Source: Narcine bancroftii (lineage: Eukaryota). Taken from it: 64,000 nucleotides of DNA. Numbering within the stretch: the stretch's first letter is position 1; every line of letters begins with the position of its first letter. This document shows positions 23,655 to 33,996 of the stretch, in pieces. The position numbers and the translations under genes are program-made. The notes beneath the pieces were generated by a model. The model made no database searches. It was not told where the DNA came from and was given only the letters and a program-made list of their open reading frames with translations. Location: the NCBI RefSeq assembly GCF_036971445.1, contig NC_091473.1:250790001-250854000 (forward strand), written 5' to 3'.

Positions 23655-24105
23655 CAGTTCCTGTCACCTCATGATAGGAAGGATGTGGAAGTTATGGAGA
23701 AGGTGCAGAGGAGATTGTCCAGGACGTTGCCTGAATTGGAGAACGTGTCTTATGAGAACGTGTTAACAGAGCTAGGGCTTTTCTCTTTGGAGTGAAGAAG
23801 GATGAGAGGTGACTTAATAGAGGCCTACAAGATTCTGAGAGGCATTGATAGGGTGGACAGGAAAGACATGAGGACATTTGTACAAGGTGAGGGGAGGAAA
23901 GTTTAGAGGAGACGTCAGAGGTAAGATTTTTACATGGAGAGTGGTGGCTTCCTGGAATGCATTGCCAGGAGTGGTGTTGGAGGCTGGTACAATAGGGACA
24001 TTTAAAAGATTCTTTGATGGGGACATGAATGAAATAAAAATATAGGCTTATGAGGTAGGGAAGGTTTAGTTTATTGCGTGGGTTTATATGTGTGTACACC
24101 ATCGT
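23655..24105 (+). mobile_element. CR1 3' fragment
   Basis: DNA matches CR1 ORF2 end (GAGAGGTGACTTAATAGAGG; TGGAATGCATTGCCAGG). Confidence 0.8.
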
Positions 24106-24647
24106 GGGTTAATTTGTTCTATTGCAGGCAGGAAGCTTTAAAGGCCAATAGAAACTTGATGGAAACTGCAGTAAAAAGCTTGTACTTAAGCTATGGGGTT
24201 CCAAGAGGGGATGGGTGGGAAACACGTCTTCAATGAGTGTGATTAAACCCCACTCTGTTTGAATCATCATTCTGTAGTCAGAGCCTAGACAGAGTACATA
24301 AGACACAGGAGCAGAAATCGGCCTGTGGAGCCCACCCCACCATTCAATATAATCACGCCTGATCTGTCCGAGGACTCAGCTCCATCTGCCTACTCTCTCC
24401 CCATAATGCCTACTTTATAAATATCTCTTCAACTCTGGCTTAAACATGGTTAATGAGGCAGCCACTGCTTTCTTAGGCAGAGAATTTCAGAGTCCTCTGA
24501 GATCCAGGCAACAGCAGAGCTTTAAGATCTAGTGAGACAGATGCAGCCAGAGGGGCTGGGACAGATGATATCCCAGGACTTGCCTTTACCTCTCCAAGGC
24601 AACACACAGCGTAGTTTTCCTCTCTTCCACTCAGAGTCATAGACTGT

Positions 24648-24940
24648 ACATTGGTTGCCTGGTCCTGCTGGGTGCTTTGACATTGGTTGCCTGGTCCTGC
24701 TGGGTGCTTTGACATTGGTTGCCTGGTCCTGCTGGGTGCTTTGACATTGGTTGCCTGGTCCTGCTGGGTGCTTTGACATTGGTTGCCTGGTCCTGCTGGG
24801 TGCTTTGACATTGGTTGCCTGGTCCTGCTGGGTGCTTTGACATTGGTTGCCTGGTCCTGCTGGGTGCTTTGACATTGGTTGCCTGGTCCTGCTGGGTGCT
24901 TTGACATTGGTTGCCTGGTCCTGCTGGGTGCTTTGACATT
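24648..24940. repeat. Minisatellite, 32-bp unit ACATTGGTTGCCTGGTCCTGCTGGGTGCTTTG, 9 perfect copies
   Basis: Read directly; no variant units seen. Confidence 0.98.
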
Positions 24941-25080
24941 TTCTGCTTTTATTCCTTGATACAATAGTACCTTCTAACATACTGTTTCTAAATTGATGAT
25001 TGTTAAGTACAAATTGACGGGACACAATGGTGGCATTCCGTTTGGCCAGATGTGAGTCATTCTTTGGTTTTGTTTTCCAG

Positions 25081-25162
25081 GGTGAGGGGATCTTTTATCA
25101 TATCGGGCTGCCCTGCAGATCATCTTCACCTTCAGCTCTCTGAAGAACACCCAGCCAACTGA
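25081..25162 (+). CDS. Candidate gene 1 terminal exon (VRGSFIISGCPADHLHLQLSEEHPAN*) or 3' UTR exon
   Basis: Strong acceptor TCTTTGGTTTTGTTTTCCAG|. In frame with the phase-2 donor at 21930/21931. No tyrosine motif. Confidence 0.45.
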
Positions 25163-25494
25163 AGAGGAACAACGGCCTGCTGTGTGTTCTGTGTCACTAC
25201 ACGTAGACCACATCAGCCCACAGATATCATGCAAAAACTGTGCTGTCAAACCAACGACTCTCTCCCAGGGCTTCTGCTCCCTAAGTACAAGGAAAAGACA
25301 GCATACCTGAGGGAGGGGGTTTGCTACACAATGTAAAACTTCACTATTCTCAGTTAATCCCCTAACCATGGATTGGAAAGCATAAATAGTGGGAGTGGGG
25401 AAAATCGATCTGTGGGGAAAAGTACATGTATAATGTATGATTTAGCTGCACTAAATTTAACCACTGGTGACCTAACTTTTTTTTCCTAAATGTA

Positions 25495-25690
25495 GACATT
25501 CAACAGGCCCTTCCTGCCCACAAGCCCAAGATGCCAAATTACAACCACAATATGTTTCGAAGGATGGGAGAAAACCTGCATAGACATGGAGAGAACATAC
25601 AAACTCCTTATAGATAGCGTCGAATTCAAACCCTGGTCACTAGCGCTGCAGTAGTGTTGCGCTAACCGCTACGCTAACCTCGCCGGCCCT
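25495..25690 (-). mobile_element. V-SINE (HE1-like)
   Basis: GAGAACATACAAACTCCTTA core and GCGCTAACCGCTACGCTAACC head (antisense). Confidence 0.75.
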
Positions 25691-27756
25691 TAACAAATAC
25701 ATCAGTGAAGTTAGTTCCAGCTGGTCAAAGGCTAACAAAAAGTCACATTTCCACATCCTGCTCCTCTGTTCAGTGGCAGTGAAAGTAGAGAGAGTTCACT
25801 GCAGGAATGTCTCAACTCCTAGTTTGTTTCTGTTACTTTAATGCTCAAGTGTGAAGTTTCACACTTACAAATTTCAAGTTAGTTCATAACCAGTGAAGCT
25901 ATGATGGGCTTTTGCACCAAAGCTGACGATGGATAACAGCTTTCTGTCTTGTCAAATCATTTGCTATTTTTTCTCATCCACTCTGATCTCCTGCATCAAC
26001 TGCATTCCCCTCCATGGTTTTTGGGGATCCTTTCAAAGTTTCAGAGAGGAAGATTGGGAGAGTTCTATGAAATGTCTAACCAGGATGTTTTGATGACTGA
26101 CAGGGCACCATTACAGTGGGCTGCGGCCATGCAGGAAGTCAGAAACCAATACCTCATTCTTTGAAACAAAAGTCCCAATTTCCCTGCAGATCAGAAAAGC
26201 TCCTTATCAAAAGCTCAGGGCCACAAATGAACTTCATACTGGTGCAGAAAAGCAACATTGTTTTGAGTTCCTTATTTGCTTTAATTGCAGCTGGCCATAT
26301 TTGCAAAATTATTTGTTTTGGGTCATTTCTGAAAACTCGTGATTAAAAAAAAAACACAGAAATGTGGTTGAACTACTGAACTGTTTCACTGGGGAAATAA
26401 AAGCATACCCTTGTTTTTTTTTAAATTAACACTTCAAGTGTTGAAAACTATTGCAGAGTTGAGAAATAACGAATTTCCTCATCCAGGCGCCACAAACGAT
26501 TCAATCATTCTGACAATATGCAAGTTGCTTGCAAGGCCACTGTTCATTGCCCATTCCTTGATCCTTGAGGAAGGGGTGGTTAGTGACCTTCCTGAGCCAC
26601 TCCAGTGCTTCTGGCCTTGGTGTCCACGCCATTGGGCAGAGAGTTTGGGGTTTAGGCAGCAAGAGACTTTGAAGTCAGGATGTTGTGTGACTTGAACTTC
26701 TGATTTGGAGGCATCAGTTGACAGCTCAGAACACAAGTTACAGAATCAGGGGTCTGCCATTCAGTCCTCTGACCCAGTTTTAACGTTTAATAAAATCATG
26801 GCTGATGTTGCAGCTCAGAACCACTATCTTGAACTAACTCCACATCCTATTGAATACCCTCAAAGCTCTTTAGGGTAACGAATTCTAATGACGCACTTCC
26901 CTATGGATCGCTTCTCTGTCCTTAATCCTATTTTGAGATTGCACCCTTTATTTTGGACACTCACAGCCATGGCATCAATATTGCACCTGGGTTGGCATCA
27001 CGCATGGGAGGTGAGCATGTTTCAACGAGATTATTTTGCTATCTCCCCGTCTGACAAATCAGCTGACGTGATGAAATTTTGCTGCACTCTCATTTCCAGG
27101 GTGTTTATAATATTCCAGGTCTAAGCAGGGTCATACAGAATTGGAGCTAGACATCTCTTATCTTGTAAAACCTTTTGGTAATTAAAGATTGCACGATGTT
27201 TATCTTTCCAAGTGCTCACCTATATATTAACTTTTAGTGATTCATTCAATCCATCTGAATAAAATCACCTACTTCCCAATCTCTTGTTATTGCCAGTTTT
27301 TTCTGCCAAAGACGGTTCAATTTTTCCATGGTGTGTTCTATCGCACCATTTCCTTGCCCATTCACTGAGTCTGTCCATATCGCCCTCAAGCATGTACATT
27401 CTCCTCATAGTTCATGCTGTCACTTGGGCTATTATTATCAGTGAACCTGGATACGTCACACTTGATCCCTTCACTCCATGTATAATCTCAGATTGTGAAC
27501 TGCTGGATGTCCCAACTGTAATCTCTGTAGCACATGATTTACTGTCCAACATTAGAAAATCTGTCAGTCACGTCAAAGTTAGAGGGTCATGATCAAAGAG
27601 ATGGAAAGCCGCAAAAACGGACTTTTTAGCCCACCGTGTCTGAGGATCCATCAGCCGCCCATTTATATGGGAAGATGGAACAATACGGGAACAGGCCCTT
27701 TAGCCCACTATGTTCATGTCAAACGTGAGGTCAAATTCAACTAATTCTATCTATCT

Positions 27757-28233
27757 CAAGTCATGTCAAGTCACCTTTATTTATTGTTGTTATTTATTGG
27801 TTAATTGTCATGTCGTCGGCGAACTTGATGATGTGGTTCGAGCTGTGTTTAGCTGCACAGCAGTTGTCCAGTAGAGTGAACAGAAGTGGACTCAGCACAC
27901 AGCCCTGATGGACCCCCTTGCTCAGTGTGATGGTCTTAGAAGTGCTGTTACCAATCCAGATGACCTGAGGTCTCCCCGATAGGAAGCTAAGAATCTAATT
28001 GCAGAGGGAAGTGTTTAGACCCGGCAGGCTCAACTTCCTTATCAGGTACTGAGGTATGATTGTATTGAATGCCGAACTGAAGTCGATAAATAGCAATCGA
28101 AAATTCGGGCCCTTATTTTCTAGGTGGGTGAGGGTTAGATGGAGGGATCTGGTGATGGATCTGTATGCGAACAACAGGGGATCCAGTGACAGTGGCAGCA
28201 GGAGCTTAATGTGCCCCATGGAGGAAGGAGGAA
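27757..28233 (-). mobile_element. Rex1/Babar RT fragment with tail
   Basis: Minus frame [14 protein letters not shown]; antisense (GACTT) tail at about 27757-27775. Confidence 0.8.
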
Positions 28234-29120
28234 GTGGTCCTGAAAAATGAATATAGGGAATTAGGTAGGGAGCTAAAAAGAAAGACCGCAAAGATGGTAA
28301 TCGCTGGATTACCTCCTGTACCACACGATAGTGAGGGCAAGAATAGAAACAGGTGGAGGATAAAAGCATGGCTAAAAGGGTGGAGTAAGGGGCAGGGATT
28401 TGAGTACTTGGATCACTGGGATCTATTCTGGGGGAGGTGGGACCTGTACCGAATGGACAGATTACATCCGAATCCCAGAGGGGCCAGGATCCTGGCGGGG
28501 GCATTTGCTAGGGCTACTAAGGAGGCTTTAAACTAGTGCGGTTGGGGGAAGGGGTCCATATAAAGGAGAACAGTAAAGAGAAGGTTTGTCCGCAAATAGA
28601 GAAGGCTTGTAGACAAAGTTTGGGGGTGGAAGGGTAGGTGATTGAGGAGGAAATGGATCGGTGCCATGATGGAGGGGGGGGGGGCTGATGGCAATAAATA
28701 ATAAAGTTGTCCATAGAGAGGGGGATAAGCAGAAGGTAAGATGTGGGAAATTTCTGAAATGCATTTACTTTAATGCTAAGAATATTGTATAGAAGGAAGA
28801 TGAGCTGAAGTGTGGATAGACACTTGGCAGTATGACGTGGTGGCGATCAGTGAGTCGTGGTTGTGGGAGGGATGTGACTGGCTGCTAAATAATCCAGGAT
28901 TTTGCTGCTTTAGGTGTGATAGAATTGGAGGGGTAAGGAGGTGTATGGCATTACTTGTCAGGGAAAATATTACAGCAGTGCTGTGCGAGATAGATTGGAG
29001 GGCTCGCCAAGGGAGGCGGCGTGGGTGGAATTAAAAAATAGAAAAGGTGAAGTTACAATTATAGAGGTGTATTATAGACCACCTAGTGGAGAGAAAAAAA
29101 TAGAGGAGCAAATGTGTAAG
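28234..29120 (+). mobile_element. CR1 5' fragment: ORF1 SGNH-esterase end and start of APE endonuclease
   Basis: VIAGLPPVP...[21 protein letters not shown]; then CIYFNAKNI, YDVVAISESWL, VYYRPP. Confidence 0.88.
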
Positions 29121-29124
29121 GATT

Positions 29125-29748
29125 CAACAGTGGACCCAACCAGTCCCCTTCTACCACCACCCTCCTCCAGTTGGTAGAATTGTCCTCGTCTTCTTTGACT
29201 CATCCCACTTCCTCCAAGTTAAAAGGGTAGCTATGGGTACGCACCATGGGTAAGCCTGCCTTCTTGTTTGCTATGTGGAGCAATCCATGCTACAACCTTC
29301 ACAGGCAAGGTTCCTACACTCTTCCTCCACTTCAATAACAACTGCCTTCATATTGCCTCATGCACCAACCTCAAATTCACTTGGTCCATCTCCGGCAACA
29401 CTGTCTCCTTCCTCAATACTTCTCTCTACCTCAGGAAACAAACACTCGACAGACATCTTCAACAAACCCACCAACTCCCACAACTACCTCGACTACACCT
29501 CTTCACACCCTGGCTCTCAATTCCTCTGTCTCCATCACATCTCCTCCCAGGATGAGGTCTGCCATGTCAGATCACCAAAGATGTCCTCCTTCATTAAATA
29601 ATGAGGCCACCATCATCAACTCAGCCCTCACCCACCCATTGCTCACATATCTGCCCTGGCCCCCTCTGGCCCCAAGCACAACAAGAACAGAATTCCTTTT
29701 GTCTTCACCTACCACCCTCACTAGCTTCACATCCAATATATCATCCTC
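29125..29748 (+). mobile_element. Penelope-like RT fragment (left part)
   Basis: KRVAMGT, NLKFTWSIS, TDIFNKPTNSHNYLDYTSSHP. Confidence 0.8.
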
Positions 29749-31396
29749 AATGCAAGGAGTATTCATAATAAAGTGGAGGAAATGAATGTGGAGATAGTTA
29801 TTAAGGACTATGATATAGTTGGGATCACAGAGACGTGGCTTCAGGGGGATCGTGACTGGGGGCTCAACATTCAGGGTTACTCGACATTCAGGAAGGGTAG
29901 TCGGAATGGAAAAGGAAGTGTAGTAGCCTTGTTGGTTAGAGAAGAGGTGAATGCGATAAAAAGGAAGGACATTAGCTTGGAGGATGTGGAATCGATGTGG
30001 GTAGAGCTGAGAAACACAAAGGGGAAGAAGACGCTAGTGGGTGTTGTGTACAATCCACCTAACAGTGGCAGTGAGGTTAGGATGGCATGAGGAAGGAAAT
30101 TAGTAATGCGTGACACAAAGGGACTTTAATCTACATGTAGATTGGGTGAACCAAATTGATAAGGGTAAGGTTGAAGAGGATTTCTTAGAATGTATGCAGG
30201 ATTGTTTTCTAAATCAGCATGTCGAGGAACCGACAAGGGAACAAGCCATTCTACACTGGTTACTGAGTAATGGAAAAGGGTTAATTAAAAATCTTGTAGT
30301 GAAGAACCCTTTGGGCAAGAGTGATCACAATATGGTGAAATTCTTAATTAGAATGAAACGTGACAGAGTTGATTCAGATACAAAGGTTCTGAACTTGAAG
30401 AAGGGTAACTGATTTTATGAGATGTGAATTGGCTAAAATAGATTGGCAAATGGTACTTAAAGGACTAATGGTAGAAATGCAATGGCAATCGTTTAAGGAT
30501 AGCTTGGAGCAAGTACAACAGATTTACATAGTGGGGTTGGCTGTGTTGAGCATGCTAGGAGAGTGCAGAATGATTTGGACAACTTGGGTGAGTGGGCCAA
30601 GATGTGGCAGATGCGATATAATGTGGTTAAATGTGAGGTTATCCACTTTGGAGCTAAGAACAGGAAAGAAGACTATTATCTAAATGGTGTCTGTTTAGGA
30701 AAAGGGGAGATTCAGCGAGACTTGGGTGTTGCAGTGCATCAGTCGTTGAAAGTGGACGTGCAGGTGCAGCAGGCGGTGAGGAGGGCGAATGGTATGTTAG
30801 CGTTCATAGCGAGAGGATTTGAGGTGTGGGAAGATCCTGCTGCAGCTGTACAGGGCCTTGGGGAGACCACACCTGGAGTACTGCGTACAGTTTTGGTTGC
30901 CTTATCTGAGGAAGGAATCCTCTCCATGGAGGGGGTGCAGAGAAGGTTCACTAGGCTGATACCAGGGATGGAAGGACTTGAATATAAAGAAGGTTCAGAT
31001 AGACTAGGCTTGTATTCTCTGACATTTAGAAGATTGAGGGGGGAATCTTATAGAAACATAAAATTCTTAAGGGTTTAGACAGACTAGACGCAGGAAGGTT
31101 GTTTCCAATGCTGGGAAAAACCAGAACCAGGGGTCACAGTTTAAGGATAAGGGGGAAGTTTTTTAGGACTGAGATGAGGAAAAATGTCTTCTCTCAGAGG
31201 GTGGTAGATCTGTGGAATTCTTTGCCACAGGAAGAAGTTGAGGTCGATTCCTTGTCAATATTTAGGAGTAGGTTAGATTTGGCCCTTGTGGCGAAGGGGA
31301 TCAAGGTGTATGGGGAAAAGGCAGGAACCAGGTACTGATTAGCCATGATCATATTGAATGATCCAGCACCAATTTTTCTACGTTTCTATGTTTCTA
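29749..31396 (+). mobile_element. CR1 LINE ORF2 with internal deletion, inserted into Penelope
   Basis: NARSIHNK, DIVGITETWL, DFNL, LGKSDHNMV; jumps near 30528 to the RT C-terminus (WQMRYNVVKCEVIHFG); tail TTCTACGTTTCTATGTTTCTA. Confidence 0.9.
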
Positions 31397-32240
31397 TCAT
31401 TTCCGCCACCTACTATGTAATCCCACCACCTTCTCCTCCCCTCTCTGCCTTCTGCAGGGATGGCTCCCCTCCTTGACTCCCTTGTCCACTCCACTAATCA
31501 CCCCCTTAGTGCCTACCCCTGTGACCGCAGGAGGTGCTCTACTTACGCTCACACCACTTCGCCACCACCAAACAGCTTTTTCAAGTGAAGGAACACTTCA
31601 CTTGAGAATCAACAGGGGTCATCTACTGCATTCAGTGCTCCCATGATGGACTCCTCTGCGTGGGACAGTCTGGACACAAACTGGGAGATTGCTTCTTTGA
31701 CCGCCTCAGCTCTGTCCACTGCAATACCAGAGATCTCCCAGTGGTCACCCTGCATCATTCCATTGCTGACATGTCTGTCCATGGCCTCATGCACTGGCAG
31801 GCTGAGACCACCGCAAATTGCAGGAACAACATTTCATCTTCAGGTCTGGGCACCTTCCAAGGGGATGGAATTAAAATCAACTTCTCTGGTTTTCATTAGC
31901 CCCCCCCCCCCCCACCCCATCTATCCCTATGTCTCCTTTTCTGGAACTCCGTCTTTCTCCCCTTTTTCCTCTGTCTCCAATCCCTACTTTCATAGGACAA
32001 ACCCCCTACCCCCATCAATTCTCACCTTTCCTCTCTCCTATCCTCCTTCTCGTATCCAATTAACACATTTTGTTTATTGGTCCGTACTTCTCCCCATGCC
32101 TATTCTTACCTTCTCCCCTGCTTTTTATCTCAGACACCTGCCTGCTTTTTAGGAAGACAGGCTCAGGCCCGAAATGCCGATTCCTCCAGCATTTCCATAT
32201 TTTTACTACAATCACAGAGGTTGCGGGCTTTCATATTTCA
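31397..32240 (+). mobile_element. Penelope-like element (right part, GIY-YIG)
   Basis: Continues HFRHL from the left part; ESTGVIYCIQCS; GTFQGDGIKINFSGF. Confidence 0.8.
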
Positions 32241-32549
32241 CTCCATAGTGGTTTAAGCCTTAACAATCAATTGCCCATCCAGGGAGCCCTACCTGCCCCA
32301 TCTTCTCAGTCAATGTGTTCCAGAGTCCCTCTGGCTGAAAGGATTCTTCCACAGATCTCCTCTAAAGACCATTCTCCTCATCTCAAATCTCTGCACTCGT
32401 CTTGGACAACTGCAATTTACTCTCCACAATTTTCAAATTTTCCAGAACACTAAGGTTTAGACAGCCATAACCATGAGAGAAAATAGATTTCAATAATATG
32501 TTCAGCAAATATTAAAGCAAAACATATGTTACCAAATGCATTAGATCAT

Positions 32550-33578
32550 AAGGCCATAATAGGTGCCAAAATAGGCTATTCAGCCCATCGAGTCTGCCCC
32601 ACCATTTAATCACGAGCGGACCCTTTTTCACACTCAGCCCCATTGCCCGGCCTTCTCCCCATAACTAATCAAGAACCTATCAATCTCTCCCTTAAATGCA
32701 CCCAAATAACTTGGTCTCCACATCTGCCTGTGGCAGCAAATGCTACAGATTTATTACCCTCTGGCTAAAGAAATTCCTCTCTATCTCTGTTCAAAGTGGA
32801 TGCTTCTCAATCCCGAAGTTGTGCCCTCTTGTCCTATTCTCTCCCACTGTGGGGAAACAACCTTTCCACATCGACTCTGCCCAGGCCTTCCAATATTCAA
32901 AGTATTTCAATGAGATTTCATCCCCCGCCCCCACCCCCCCCCCCCGCCCCCGGCCCCCATTTTCCTAAAATCTTTGTGAACTTCCTTTGAATCCTCTCTA
33001 ATGTCAGCATGTATTTTAAAAAATTTTTAAAAATCTACTACACTCGAAGCAGGTGAAATCAATAAACATTGTGAAAGACTCCACACATCCCACATGCGAA
33101 CTGTTCTCCCTTCTCCCATCTGCCCTTACGTCCAGAGTGGGAAACCGCTTTTTCCGCCAAGCCATCAGGCTCCTGAACTCCCAGTACAGATGTGGATAAT
33201 GAACTGTGGACTTTCAGTGTATACATCTTAGCACCTTAATATTTTAATGCGTTAACTGCTTTCCTAACTTATATCTATGTAAATATGTTCCGTGGTCCTG
33301 GAGAAACACTATCTGCGAGCATGGTATGAACAATAAATAAAGCTGACTTGATTTGACTGCTCACCATCCTCCAAGTGAGGCCTCCCCAGAGCCTTATAAA
33401 GCCTCAACATCACATCCCTGGTCTTAGTATCTATTCCTCTTGAAATAAACGCATTTACCTCCTTCACCACCGAAGGTAAGTTTACCTTCAAGCTGTCCAG
33501 CATGAGGGCTCCTGCGTCCCTTTGAATCAGGGAATTTTCAACTTTCTTGCCATTTAGAAAATAGTCTGCCCATTTATT
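32550..33578 (-). mobile_element. CR1 fragment interrupted by a Rex1 3' end (33068-33357, plus)
   Basis: Minus LRLYKALGRPHLE; plus-strand CTGTTCTCCCTTCTCCCATC...AATAAA GCTGACTTGATTTGAC. Confidence 0.75.
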
Positions 33579-33860
33579 ATGCAGTTTTTAAACAATTTAA
33601 TAGAGATTCCAAAAGATGCAAGTTTTTAACTCTACTTGCAACACTCATTTGGTCACTAACAATTAAACAGTTGATTCGATTCTTCCAACAAGCCTCAGAG
33701 TGAAAACAATTAGGCTTTCACAAAGGCTTGGGTGTTGTACAATGAATGCCTTGGTACTCATTTACTCACACTAGACATGTTGCAAAATCTGAGGCTGTCA
33801 AAAGTCAAACCAGCACTTTTTATTCTCAGTTACAGCTGAGGTCATGGTCTTCCAAGTGTG

Positions 33861-33872
33861 GAGGGGAAGTGG
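33861..33872 (+). promoter_or_regulatory. PU.1/Spi-type ETS site in the gene 2 proximal promoter
   Basis: GAGGGGAAGTGG about 80-90 bp upstream of the ATG; no TATA box seen. Confidence 0.5.
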
Positions 33873-33950
33873 AAGATTAGAGACACTGGTGCAGAATTAA
33901 GTCAGTGCAAACACAAGCACTTTCTCATAAATTGAAGTCAGCCACAGAAA

Positions 33951-33996
33951 ATGAAAATGAGTCCTACTCTTCTCCTTTCAATTGCCTTCCTCTCCG
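33951..33996 (+). CDS. Gene 2 exon 1, signal peptide MKMSPTLLLSIAFLS
   Basis: ATG, hydrophobic core, donor CCG|GTAAGA, phase 1; continues VVHA/DITGP. Confidence 0.85.

Noticed and set aside
24473-25025. Three overlapping repetitive minus-strand ORFs (100-167 aa)
   Set aside because: Artefact of a stop-free 32-bp repeat read in all three frames.
28234-28536. Host SGNH/GDSL esterase gene
   Set aside because: It is CR1 ORF1, directly followed by the CR1 endonuclease and lacking its 5' part.
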